Assembly: GCA_965222075.1 (NCBI GenBank)
Contig: OZ244937.1
Coordinates: 2,560,001 to 2,624,000, forward strand
DNA from: Candidatus Latescibacterota bacterium
Lineage (GTDB): Bacteria; Latescibacterota; UBA2968; GCA-2709665
Length of the DNA stretch: 64,000 bases
Direction: 5' to 3'
Notes under the pieces: model-generated
The model's input: the letters and a program-made list of their open reading frames with translations, nothing else
The model's database searches: none
Told to the model about the DNA's origin: nothing
Program-made: the position numbers and the translations under genes
In this document: in pieces, positions 18,905 through 28,707 of the stretch
How the letters are laid out: every line of letters starts with the position of its first letter
Numbering within the stretch: the stretch's first letter is position 1

Positions 18905-20575
18905 ATGAAAACGCTGAAGACGTTTTCCCTGAGTCTGGTGATCGCCTCGGTCCTGCCGGCCGGCCAGCCCCTTGCCGGATCTCAGCTCTGGACCCACACA
19001 TTCAACAAGGATATCTGGTGGCACAAGGTAACGGACCTGGGGACGCTGCTGGTGGGCACGGAAGACGGCATCTACAGTTTCAATCCTGAGACCGGTCAGA
19101 TCGCCTGGCAGCGGGAGGATCTCAAAAAAACCCCCGAGTTCAACGTGGAGGAGATCAAGGGAACGCCCTTCCTCTTAGTCAGCCAGGTCGAGGGGAAGAT
19201 CAAAGTCAAAACGAAGCTCTACGCCCTCAACGTCTTAACCGGCGAGGCCATCTGGGAAACGGACAAGGTCAAGGGGTTGGGCGTGGATGCCGTGCCTGTG
19301 CCTTCAAAGGGGCTTGTCCTCCTCCTGACGACGCCCTACACCGCCCTCAAATCGGAACTCGGCCTGACCGCCTTGGACCTGGCCACCGGAAACGTCGTTT
19401 GGGAGTCGGAGTTGAAGCAGAAGGTGGATCTCGCCATAGCCGAGGGGTCGGACAAATTCTTCAAAAAGTTCGACCTGAGCGGCCACCAGCCGCCCGTGAT
19501 TGAAAGGGACGCGATCTATTTCACCTGCGCGGGCCTGCATAAATATGACCTCAACACCGGCAAGCTCCTCTGGGGGCAGAAATATGACATCACGGAGAAA
19601 AACCTGAAGCGGGCGAACGCCCAACCCATCATCGACGGAGACGTCATCTACACGTCTGCCAAGAAAAAACTGAAAGCGATCGACAAGAACACAGGACAGC
19701 TCAAGTGGGAATCCGAGAAGAAATTCAGTGGCGCGGTCGCTGAGATGGCCGCAGTCGGGGACGTCATATACGGGCGGATGGGAGGCAATTTCTTCGACAC
19801 CATGAAGCAGCAGTGGGAATTGAAAAAACCCCTCGGCGTGGTGGCCGTAGACAAGCGCACCGGCGAGCTCATCTGGAAATACGACAAGGCCAAGAACGGC
19901 ATCACCAACATGGTCATCCGGGAGGATCTGGGCACGATTCTCATCGCCGACGCCAGGAACCTGATCGGCCTGGACGCGCACAGCAAGAAGAAGCCCAGGG
20001 AGGCGTTCAAGGAAAAGCTGGCGTTCAACCTGAAGATCGGTCTGGAAGGCCACAAAGGGGGCAGGTTGAAGGGAGACATGCCGGTGGCCATTTCAACGCG
20101 GGAAGACGGCATCGCGGTGGTAAGAGGTAAGCAGCACCTCTTGGCTTTCGATCCCCGGAAACGGAACATCGTCTGGTCGGTGCAGTACAAGGCCCCCGGC
20201 GTCTCCGGATGGACGAAGCTGGCCATGGGCGCGGTCACGGCGTTCGCCTATGCCGAGGCCAGCAACCGGGCCGCCGGCTCCCCCAGACAGAACCAGTGGA
20301 CCAACGAAGACCGGTGGAAGGCCCTCGCCAACTACGACCAGGTCGCCGGCCAGCGCTTCTCGGCAGCGGCCGACAAATATGCCTACATCCTGACCGAAAT
20401 CGAAGAGGGAAACGAAAAGGGCGCGGGCGTCATCGGCGTGAACTTAGATACGGGAAAAGGGGAGCGGCAGGTCCTCCTGAACGACGAGAAGCCGAACTAC
20501 AAGGTAGACGAAGTGGCCGGCCGCGTCTTCAACGTGGTGAAAAAGAAGGAGCTGATCGCCTTCTCGGTCAATTAA
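18905..20575 (+). CDS. Secreted PQQ-like (BamB-type) beta-propeller repeat protein
   Basis: Signal peptide; repeated A.D..TG...W motifs. Confidence 0.85.
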   Translation: MKTLKTFSLSLVIASVLPAGQPLAGSQLWTHTFNKDIWWHKVTDLGTLLVGTEDGIYSFNPETGQIAWQREDLKKTPEFNVEEIKGTPFLLVSQVEGKIKVKTKLYALNVLTGEAIWETDKVKGLGVDAVPVPSKGLVLLLTTPYTALKSELGLTALDLATGNVVWESELKQKVDLAIAEGSDKFFKKFDLSGHQPPVIERDAIYFTCAGLHKYDLNTGKLLWGQKYDITEKNLKRANAQPIIDGDVIYTSAKKKLKAIDKNTGQLKWESEKKFSGAVAEMAAVGDVIYGRMGGNFFDTMKQQWELKKPLGVVAVDKRTGELIWKYDKAKNGITNMVIREDLGTILIADARNLIGLDAHSKKKPREAFKEKLAFNLKIGLEGHKGGRLKGDMPVAISTREDGIAVVRGKQHLLAFDPRKRNIVWSVQYKAPGVSGWTKLAMGAVTAFAYAEASNRAAGSPRQNQWTNEDRWKALANYDQVAGQRFSAAADKYAYILTEIEEGNEKGAGVIGVNLDTGKGERQVLLNDEKPNYKVDEVAGRVFNVVKKKELIAFSVN

Positions 20576-20673
20576 CCCAAAGGGCAGAACGCATAAAAAA
20601 ATAGGTGGGGCGCACGGCCGTTCAGGTTCGCAGGGCGTTCAGGTGGTTCTGGACTTTAACCTGGAACCTGGAA

Positions 20674-22836
20674 CTATGTTGTCACATAAATCGGACTCGC
20701 CCACGCCTTCGCGCCGTCTACCTGAACGACTCGCACCCAGTACGGATGGCAGCCGGACCGCAGGTCGGGCTCACGGAAGGTGAAAGCGGTTTCCCGTCCT
20801 GCGCCTGTGGGCATCTGTTCAAAAACCACCGTAATCTGGATCCCCCCGGCGTCCACCCGCACCGGCCCCCTGGCAATCTCCGCAAGCGAAACCGATCGAT
20901 CGACCACGTCGGTCCTGAAACTCAGCACCGTCTCCGGGGGCGCATCCAAGGTCAGGACCACGCCGTCGGCATCCCCGGTCGTCACCGACTTCCATGACAC
21001 CGACCGCTCCGTTACCTCTTGAATCCCCTCCGACGCCGAATCGAATGCGTACCCCCCCGCCTTTAGAATTCGTCCCCGGTCAATGGACAGCTCACCGTCC
21101 CACCGCACCAGACGATTCCGTGCGCGGATACGCTGTCCTGACCATGCCACCCGGATCCTGTTATCGGACCGTTCGACCGTCTCCGGAAAGCTGTAGACCT
21201 GCTCCAGGCCTCTGAAAACATCCACCCGCTCGACAGGCGCCGTTCCGGTGACATGTACGGAAATTTCCGGAGATGCGGTCGCCTGGTAATCGGCCCCCAT
21301 CGAGTGTCCGTCCGCCGTCACCTCCAGCAGGATGCGCTGCCCGGTGGTCCCGTAACATCGGCGGGCCTTCAGCGCCTCCCAGAGCCCCTCCCGCGTCAGC
21401 TCTTTCGCATAGATACAGGTCAACCCTCCGTAGACCCCGAACGACCCGCTACCGGGATAGGCCGCGCCGGGCCGGCCTTTGTGGTCGTCACTGCCTGCGG
21501 TGAACCCCACCCTGTAGCCCTTTTCCAGCGCCTCTCTCAGGAACCACTCGAACTCTCCCCATTCGGAATAGACCTCCACGACCCACTCCAGCTCCGGATC
21601 GTGCCAGGTCAGATTTGCATAGCGCCCCCCCACGTGGGGCACCAGCAGCACGTCCCGGCGGCCCTTCAGCGCCTGGTAAAGATCGGTCACGTGTAAACAA
21701 TCGGTGTCGATATCAGACTGATCCGGAATCAACACATGGCTCGACCGGTACAGCGGACCGTCTTCCCCCAGATAATAAACGTTGTGGTCGCCCCCAACGG
21801 GCGTGTTCCCGGACCATTCGTAGCCCACGAATGCGACAAACCGCCCGGGCTTGTACTGAGTATTCGCCTGCTTCTTGATCTCGGTCCAGACTGCCTCCGT
21901 AATCTGGAAGTCGTTTCCCTGATGACCCGCAAAATCGACCAGCGCCGACTCCCTGGCAAACCGGAAATACGCAGAGACCGGATTGGTCCCCACCGTCTCC
22001 TCGCTCTGCCCGTGCAGATCCCCCCAGAATGGACGGAATTCTCCCCGTGTCTCCACGCACACAAGCGGATTCCCCTCTGCCTCCATCCCGTTCTCCCGGT
22101 CCTCTACCCGAACCCGGTAGACCCCCGGCGCCGACGCTACCACCCCCTCGAAACGGTTCACTCCCCGGTCTTTCGGACCGAACCGATAGACCTCCCGCAG
22201 CCCGGAAAGCCCTCCTGCATCGATCCGAACTTCTCCGTCGTAGCCTGTACAGGGGTTCCCCCACACATCTTCCGCCTTGATCCCCACCCACGTCTTCTCC
22301 CCGGGCGCCGTCTCAGACGGCCCCAGTACCACCAGCTTGTGGGGCGGTCCGCTCACGACCTCCACCTTCGGCGAGGGCACCACCGTGTAGACCCACGTGC
22401 CGCACCAGTCCACCGCCACCCGGAACTCAAATGCCTCCTTGCAGAACGTCTGCACCCGGCTGCCCGGGCTTCCCCCCGACGTCTCCCCCAGGGTCAGTGT
22501 CACCCAGTCCCCTTCCAAGAGCGAATCGTCGAACACATCAATCGTCACGCAGCGTCGCCAGGGTCGCACGAAGCGCTGTTTCTCAAATGCCGGCCGCAGC
22601 GACGCCGGACCGGACGTGGACACCGTCGCGTATCCCGGCGCACCGGGATCGGTAAACTGGGGCGCCTCCCAGTCGCTTACATCCCGCCATGCGATCTTGA
22701 GCACCCCGCCATCGTCCACCCCGTAGCGTCCGGCGTGGTAGGTGATCCGCCACGTCCCGGTCGATCCGGCTACCACCGGACCGTCGGGGTCAATCTCCGC
22801 CCATCCGTACAGCTCTCGGACCTCCGCTTCTGTCAT
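20674..22836 (-). CDS. DUF3604-like PHP-fold metallohydrolase
   Basis: WGDLHGQS, GYEWS, GDHNV, PHVGGR, GSDDH.GRPG and YGTTG. Confidence 0.82.
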   Translation of the reverse strand: MTEAEVRELYGWAEIDPDGPVVAGSTGTWRITYHAGRYGVDDGGVLKIAWRDVSDWEAPQFTDPGAPGYATVSTSGPASLRPAFEKQRFVRPWRRCVTIDVFDDSLLEGDWVTLTLGETSGGSPGSRVQTFCKEAFEFRVAVDWCGTWVYTVVPSPKVEVVSGPPHKLVVLGPSETAPGEKTWVGIKAEDVWGNPCTGYDGEVRIDAGGLSGLREVYRFGPKDRGVNRFEGVVASAPGVYRVRVEDRENGMEAEGNPLVCVETRGEFRPFWGDLHGQSEETVGTNPVSAYFRFARESALVDFAGHQGNDFQITEAVWTEIKKQANTQYKPGRFVAFVGYEWSGNTPVGGDHNVYYLGEDGPLYRSSHVLIPDQSDIDTDCLHVTDLYQALKGRRDVLLVPHVGGRYANLTWHDPELEWVVEVYSEWGEFEWFLREALEKGYRVGFTAGSDDHKGRPGAAYPGSGSFGVYGGLTCIYAKELTREGLWEALKARRCYGTTGQRILLEVTADGHSMGADYQATASPEISVHVTGTAPVERVDVFRGLEQVYSFPETVERSDNRIRVAWSGQRIRARNRLVRWDGELSIDRGRILKAGGYAFDSASEGIQEVTERSVSWKSVTTGDADGVVLTLDAPPETVLSFRTDVVDRSVSLAEIARGPVRVDAGGIQITVVFEQMPTGAGRETAFTFREPDLRSGCHPYWVRVVQVDGAKAWASPIYVTT

Positions 22837-22858
22837 CCGGTTATCCTTCCTGCCTTCA

Positions 22859-22882
22859 GAGCGAACGGCCGTTCGCCCCTGC
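22859..22882 (-). repeat. GTAG-family REP-like palindrome
   Basis: GCAGGGGCGAACGGCCGTTCGCTC, with a perfect 16-bp palindromic core. Confidence 0.6.
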
Positions 22883-23090
22883 AGGTTGCATGATCCATTT
22901 TTTCGATTAGACCCTTGCCCCTCAACAAAATAACGATACTTCTTCCTCGGCCCCTCCCTAACCCTCCCCTTTCTGCTTGACCGTTCCCCCCTTCTATCTT
23001 ACCTTTTCAGAGGCCGTCTGCAGCCTTAGAAGCTGTCTTAAAACCCCCACAAGAAAAAGGCCAAGAGCAAAAGAACCGTTGACCCAGGTC

Positions 23091-23396
23091 ATGTCCAAAG
23101 AGCCTCCCCTCCCCCGCGTCACCCTCTACTCCAAACCGGACTGCCACCTCTGCGACATCGCCAAAGAACGAATCGCGAACGTCCGAAAGCGCGTGTCCTT
23201 CGCCTTAGAAACGGTCGACATCACGACCCACCCCGACCTCTTTAAACGCTACAAAGAGCGCATCCCCGTCGTCCTCATCAACGGCGAGGAAGCCTTCGTC
23301 TACCGAGTCAGTGAAAAGCACCTCACCCGAAAACTCCGGGCGCTCCACCCCCGGTCCTCCATGTGGGAGCGCCTCACACGTCCCAAACCGACATGA
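23091..23396 (+). CDS. Glutaredoxin-like protein (DUF836)
   Basis: TLYSKPDCHLC and IPVV motifs; TTGACC-N17-TACCTT promoter at 22977-23005. Confidence 0.88.
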   Translation: MSKEPPLPRVTLYSKPDCHLCDIAKERIANVRKRVSFALETVDITTHPDLFKRYKERIPVVLINGEEAFVYRVSEKHLTRKLRALHPRSSMWERLTRPKPT

Positions 23397-24705
23397 ACAC
23401 AGGCGACCTCTTTGCTGCCCTGCCGCCCGAGGCCCCGCTGGCCGACCGCATGCGCCCCCGCACCCTGGACGACATCCGCGGGCAGGACCACCTCGTTGCG
23501 CCCGGCGCCTCCCTGCGCGGGCTCATCAAGGGCGACCAGGTTCCCTCCCTCATCCTCTGGGGGCCTCCCGGCTCGGGCAAGACCACCCTCGCGCGCCTCG
23601 TCTCCGACGCCACCAAGAGCCTGTTCGTCGCCTTCAGCGCGGTTACCTCCGGCGTCAAGGACATCCGTGAAATCGTCGCCCGGGCGCAACAGGAACGCCG
23701 TCTGGGGCGGTGCACCATCCTCTTTGTGGACGAAATCCATCGCTTCAACAAGGCCCAGCAGGACGCCTTTCTTCCCCATGTGGAGAATGGCACGATTATC
23801 CTCATTGGCGCCACCACTGAAAACCCCTCCTTTGAGGTCAACGCCGCCCTCCTCTCCCGGGCGCAGGTCTTCGTCCTCAACCCCCTGGACGAGGCCGCCA
23901 TCCGGGACGTCTTAGACGCCGCCCTCTCCGACGTCGAATGCGGCCTGGCCCCCCTGAAGGCCGACCCCGGCGCCCTCGACCTGATTGCAAAAACCGCCGA
24001 AAGCGACGCTCGCCGGGCGCTCAACACCCTCGAAATGGCCGCCGCGGCCGTAGAGGTCGGAGGCCGGCTCACGGTCGACACCGTCAAAAACGTTCTGGGC
24101 GGCAAGGCCCTCCTCTACGACAAAAGCGGTGAAGAGCACTACAACCTCATCTCCGCCTTCCACAAAAGCCTCCGGGGCAGCGACCCCCACGCATCTCTCT
24201 ACTGGCTGGCCCGCATGATGGAATCCGGTGAACACCCCCACTACATCCTCCGGCGCATGGTCCGCTTTGCCTCCGAAGACATCGGCAACGCCGACCCCCG
24301 CGCCCTCGCCATCTGCCTGGCCGCCAGGGAAACCTACGACTTCTTAGGCAGCCCCGAAGGCGACCTCGCCATCGCCCAGGCCGCGGTCTACTTAGCCACG
24401 GCTCCCAAAAGCAACGCTGTGTACGCCGCCTACGGCGAGGCGATCAAAGACGTCCGCGAACAGCCCAACCTCCCCGTCCCCCTCCACATCCGAAACGCCC
24501 CTACCGACCTCATGAAATCCCTGGACTACGGCAAAAACTACCGCTACGATCACAACGACAAAAACGCCTACCTCCCCCAGGACTACCTCCCCGAAAACCT
24601 CCTGGGCCGCGAATACTACCGCCCCACAGACCGCGGCTACGAAAACAGATCCGCGCCCTTATGGACTGGTGGGAAGAACTGAGAAAACGGCATCAAAAAA
24701 AATAA
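23393..24705 (+). CDS. rarA: Replication-associated recombination protein A (MgsA/RarA), 1-bp frameshift near the C-terminus
   Basis: PLADRMRP, GPPGSGKTT, DEIHRF, GATTENP, SAFHKSLRGSD; one more A at 24641-24645 restores GYEKQIRALMDWW. Confidence 0.93.
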
Positions 24706-24806
24706 AAACGATTGCAAAGTGATAGAATCAGCAATCTGCAATACGCTCAATTCTCTCCGCGGTCTCTGCATCTGTGCGGCGCATTTTTCCAGACTCCTGA
24801 CCCCTG

Positions 24807-25661
24807 ATGGTCTACCTCATTCTCACCCTCGGCGTCTGCGCCGCTTCCTCCGCGGCCGTCCTCATCCGGCTCTGCGACGCTCCGGCCCTCGTCATTGCCG
24901 CCTACCGCCTGGGCATCGCCGCCTGCGTGGTCCTCCCTCTGGCCGTCTTCAGGTATCCCGGGCAGTTCCGAACCGGCTCCCGCCGCGACCGCCTCATCCT
25001 CCTCGCCAGCGGTATCTTCCTCGGCCTTCACTTCGCCCTCTGGATCTCCTCTCTTTCCCACACCTCCGTAGCCAGCTCCGTGCTGCTTGTTACCACCAAC
25101 CCGATCTTCATCGGCCTGGGCGGGTGGCTCATCCTTAAAGAACCGGCCGACGCCCGCCTGACCATCGGCACGGTCGTCTCCCTCTTGGGCGCCTCCATCG
25201 TCAGCCTCAACGACTGGGGCCAGGAGCAGCACGGCCTCTTTGGAGACCTCCTCGCCCTGGCCGGGGCTATGGCCATCTCCGGACACCTCCTCATCGGCCG
25301 CCGGCAGCGCCAGCGGCTGGCCCTCATCCCCTACCTCGCCGTGGTCAACACCACAGGCGCGGTCGTGCTTGCGCTCCTCGCCCTCGCGGCCGGACACACC
25401 TTTGCCGGCTACAACGACCACACCTACCTGCTCTTCGCCCTCCTCGCCCTGGGGCCCCAGCTTTTGGGCCACACCAGCTTCAACTATGCCCTCAAGCGTG
25501 TCTCCCCCTCCCTCGTCGCCCTCATTCTCCTGGCCGAACCGGTCGGCTCCTCCGCCCTGGCCTACCTCGTCTTAGACGAAGTCCCTTCCATCGCGCTCTT
25601 CATCGGCGCCGCCGTAATCCTCACCGGCATCGCCCTGGCCACCCGGCCCAGGGGTCGGTAG
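24807..25661 (+). CDS. DMT/EamA family transporter
   Basis: About 10 TM segments; two EamA repeats; HF..W..SL..TSVA, GD.LAL and EPV. Confidence 0.9.
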   Translation: MVYLILTLGVCAASSAAVLIRLCDAPALVIAAYRLGIAACVVLPLAVFRYPGQFRTGSRRDRLILLASGIFLGLHFALWISSLSHTSVASSVLLVTTNPIFIGLGGWLILKEPADARLTIGTVVSLLGASIVSLNDWGQEQHGLFGDLLALAGAMAISGHLLIGRRQRQRLALIPYLAVVNTTGAVVLALLALAAGHTFAGYNDHTYLLFALLALGPQLLGHTSFNYALKRVSPSLVALILLAEPVGSSALAYLVLDEVPSIALFIGAAVILTGIALATRPRGR

Positions 25662-25759
25662 ACATTGATCCTTCGATACGCCCACTCAGTCAGGATCAAC
25701 GGTGTAGCCGTGTCTCCCGGCAGGCCGAAGGCCATATCGTGGGGATGCACACCCCCCCT

Positions 25760-26092
25760 TCACATCGACACACCCAGCTTCTGCCGAATCAGCACCAGCA
25801 GAACCCCAACGATCACACTCAGCAGCAGCACCGCTCCGGCCGGCATCATTTTCCGCGTCCGAAAAAACCGGCTCGAAAAGACTCCCGTCAGCAGCAGCGC
25901 CAGCATCGTTCCAATCAGAAACCCCTGCGCCGGATCGCTTAGACTCACCCACAGGGCGACCAGCGAGACCAGCCCGCACAGCCCCCCGGCAGCCAGTGAA
26001 ACCGTGCTCCCGGACTTCACCTGTCCCATCACCCCCCCCAGAATCAGCAGCATCCCGTAAACTCCCAGAACCACCTGTCCTGCCAGCAGCAT
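25760..26092 (-). CDS. TMEM14 family small membrane protein
   Basis: YG.L...GG.MG..K.GS..SL.AG and RF..T.K.MPAG signature. Confidence 0.85.
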   Translation of the reverse strand: MLLAGQVVLGVYGMLLILGGVMGQVKSGSTVSLAAGGLCGLVSLVALWVSLSDPAQGFLIGTMLALLLTGVFSSRFFRTRKMMPAGAVLLLSVIVGVLLVLIRQKLGVSM

Positions 26093-26156
26093 AAGTCACC
26101 TCTCCCTGTCTTTCTGCACCCAACGCCAGTGCCTGCCTCCCACGCTTCAATTTCCT

Positions 26157-27161
26157 CTACCCTATACGATATTTCTCCACCCCCCCCATATCCAGCGTCA
26201 CCCCCAGCCCCGGTTTCTCCGGCACTTCAAAATGCCCGTTCTCCAGAACCAGACCTTCATCCAGCACATCCGCCACGCGCGTAAACGGCAGCTCGTCGCA
26301 CGGCAGCGTCGCATTTGGAATCGTCGCCTGCACATGCACCGAATAAGCGGTCTTGACCCCCAGGCACAGCCCCCCCATCTGTACCCAGCAGGGCACGTCC
26401 GCCGCAGCCGCCACAGCCGCCGCCGCCTTCACCTGCTGCGCCGGCCCGCCTAAGTTCACATAATCAATACACTCCGCCTTCAGCGCCTTCAACACATCAC
26501 CGGGCGCGCCCAGGTGCAGTGCGATCGGAATATGCGTCTTCTCCCGCAGCAGGCGGTACCAGTCCAGGTTGTTCTTCAGCACCGGATCTTCAAAATTGGC
26601 CACCGTCCCAAACGGCTCCAGCTCCTCCGCCAACCGCGCTGCAACATAGGGATACTTGAACAGCGTATTCGGATCTACGCCTACCGTGTAGTCGGCACCC
26701 GCCGACTCCTTCATCATCCTTACCGTCTCCACGATATTCCACGGCCGCGCCTTCAACTTGTGGTTGGTAAACCCCAGCTTCGCGCCCACCTCCGCCTCCG
26801 CTGCCGTCTCGTGCGGCTCCATCGAGCAGGACCAGTACGAAACCGGCACCCGGTCGCGCACCTTCTCGCCAAAGAACCGGTAGACCGGAATGCCGAAGGC
26901 CTGTCCCGCAATATCCAGCAGCGCGCACGTAAAGGGGTCCGGCTGGGCAAACGGGTCCAGCGCCAGCGGATCCTGTCCCTCGTAAGACGCGGCCTGCGCT
27001 TCAAACTGCAGCGGTTTCCCCTGCGTCTCCCCCAACCCCACGGTCCCCTCATCCGTCTGCATCCGGCAGACCGTCAGATCGTAGATCTTGGGAAAGTACT
27101 TCGCAATCGGCGGAATCGGTGGAATCTCTATCTCGTAGAGGTCGATCTGAGTGATCTTCAT
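26157..27161 (-). CDS. Enolase-superfamily (mandelate racemase/muconate lactonizing) enzyme
   Basis: ALLDI.G, KLK, VDPN, EDP and PEKPGLG; GGAG RBS. Confidence 0.88.
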   Translation of the reverse strand: MKITQIDLYEIEIPPIPPIAKYFPKIYDLTVCRMQTDEGTVGLGETQGKPLQFEAQAASYEGQDPLALDPFAQPDPFTCALLDIAGQAFGIPVYRFFGEKVRDRVPVSYWSCSMEPHETAAEAEVGAKLGFTNHKLKARPWNIVETVRMMKESAGADYTVGVDPNTLFKYPYVAARLAEELEPFGTVANFEDPVLKNNLDWYRLLREKTHIPIALHLGAPGDVLKALKAECIDYVNLGGPAQQVKAAAAVAAAADVPCWVQMGGLCLGVKTAYSVHVQATIPNATLPCDELPFTRVADVLDEGLVLENGHFEVPEKPGLGVTLDMGGVEKYRIG

Positions 27162-27187
27162 GGTAGCTCCTTTATGTTGAAGAAGGG

Positions 27188-28693
27188 TCAGCTCATCTTC
27201 AGACACTGCTTCACCGCCGCAAGACAGACCTCCACCACCGTATCCGTATTCATCACCAGCGCGTGCACATCGTCCCGGTTGCCCGACATCTCAATCAAAA
27301 ATGCAGCCGGCGTCCCCTGCTCCGCCGCATACGAGATGCAGTAAGGCTCCGGCGATCCGAAATCCGTGATCCGCTCCATATTCACCTGCTGATACGGCCC
27401 ACCGTACGGCCTCTGCGTGAGGTACCGGTCCTTCAACCTTCGCCTGATATCCCGATGGATGCCCTCCAGCAGCGCCCTGTCCCCTTTGTGGGGCAGCAGC
27501 ATAATATAGTCCGCCGTGTGATAATCGATCACACACACAGGGCGGTGGCGGTCAATGATTCCCTGAACGATCTGCACCTCCCGCTCGGACGCAGGCCGGG
27601 TGCCCTTATAGTTGTAATCCCACGGCATGCCCACATCCTGAGCCTCCTGGAACTGCCTCCAGTGGCAGTCGAAATTTCGGTTGAGGTCCACGCCGTTCCC
27701 ATTCTGCCGCGTGAAATGGTCGTACCCCCAGGGATTCTGAATCGGCACGATTTTGAAGTGCAGCTTCCGGGTATTCATACGCTCCACCCCCGGATTTTCG
27801 CACAGCACCTCCGCAAGCCGCATCAGCCCGAACGCATTTTCCCATTCCCATCCATGAATCGCCGCCCCGAAATAGATCGTGGGATTTGCCTCATCCCCGA
27901 TATTGAACGACCAGACCTGCCGCCCGTCGCTGCACGGCCCCTCCGCCTGAACCGACAGATCGGGATGGCGCTCTGCAAGCGCGTGCATCGCATCCACAAA
28001 CCCGTCGTAGGACAACCGCTCCGGATAGTGTTGCCCGTACCGGACGGCCCCGTTAATCACGTTGCCGACAAAAAGATACTTATTCGTACTCCCCCATGAA
28101 TTGTAAAACGGCCGGTTCGGCGACAGCAGGTCCATCGCCACAATCCGCCCCTTACCGACCTTTTCCTCAACCATCATAGCCCCGCCGTTCACGGTCGAAC
28201 TTCCAAGCAGGGAAACACCCCCGACTTCCACCAGCCCCATCACCTGCCGCTGAAACATCTGGTTGGAATACATGGAGTCCGTCGCGCCCGAAGACACCGT
28301 CCCGTACCACCAGAGCGTATCGCCGATCGCGTAGCCCCGGGTCACATCCTTCTCCATCTCGATCTTCATCCCCGGCCGGATGCGGTCCATCACGTGTGTC
28401 TTGCTGAAGTGAAGCCCCCGGCTGCCGGCATACTCGTAAAGACAGGAAATCACCTGCCCTCCCGCCTTCGCATAAGCCGTCACCGCGGGATAATCCAGCT
28501 TGTGAAGATTGCACCCATCTCCCACCACCGTAATCACGTGCTCGTACTGCCCGAGCAGCCGCACCCCGTATCTTTCCCGCGTAAAATTCAACCGCCTGAC
28601 CCGCCCCGGGTAGAGAACATCCAGATCGGTCCCGATGCTCCCTCCCCGTCCGGCGCCGTCCGTCAACAGCAAAATGGTTTGTCCTTGAGGCAT
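27188..28693 (-). CDS. M14 family zinc carboxypeptidase/amidase with an N-terminal extra domain
   Basis: IHGWE, NP.G, R.N.NGVDLNRNF, DYH and catalytic IE. Confidence 0.88.
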   Translation of the reverse strand: MPQGQTILLLTDGAGRGGSIGTDLDVLYPGRVRRLNFTRERYGVRLLGQYEHVITVVGDGCNLHKLDYPAVTAYAKAGGQVISCLYEYAGSRGLHFSKTHVMDRIRPGMKIEMEKDVTRGYAIGDTLWWYGTVSSGATDSMYSNQMFQRQVMGLVEVGGVSLLGSSTVNGGAMMVEEKVGKGRIVAMDLLSPNRPFYNSWGSTNKYLFVGNVINGAVRYGQHYPERLSYDGFVDAMHALAERHPDLSVQAEGPCSDGRQVWSFNIGDEANPTIYFGAAIHGWEWENAFGLMRLAEVLCENPGVERMNTRKLHFKIVPIQNPWGYDHFTRQNGNGVDLNRNFDCHWRQFQEAQDVGMPWDYNYKGTRPASEREVQIVQGIIDRHRPVCVIDYHTADYIMLLPHKGDRALLEGIHRDIRRRLKDRYLTQRPYGGPYQQVNMERITDFGSPEPYCISYAAEQGTPAAFLIEMSGNRDDVHALVMNTDTVVEVCLAAVKQCLKMS

Positions 28694-28707
28694 CTCTCCT
28701 CCTCCCC

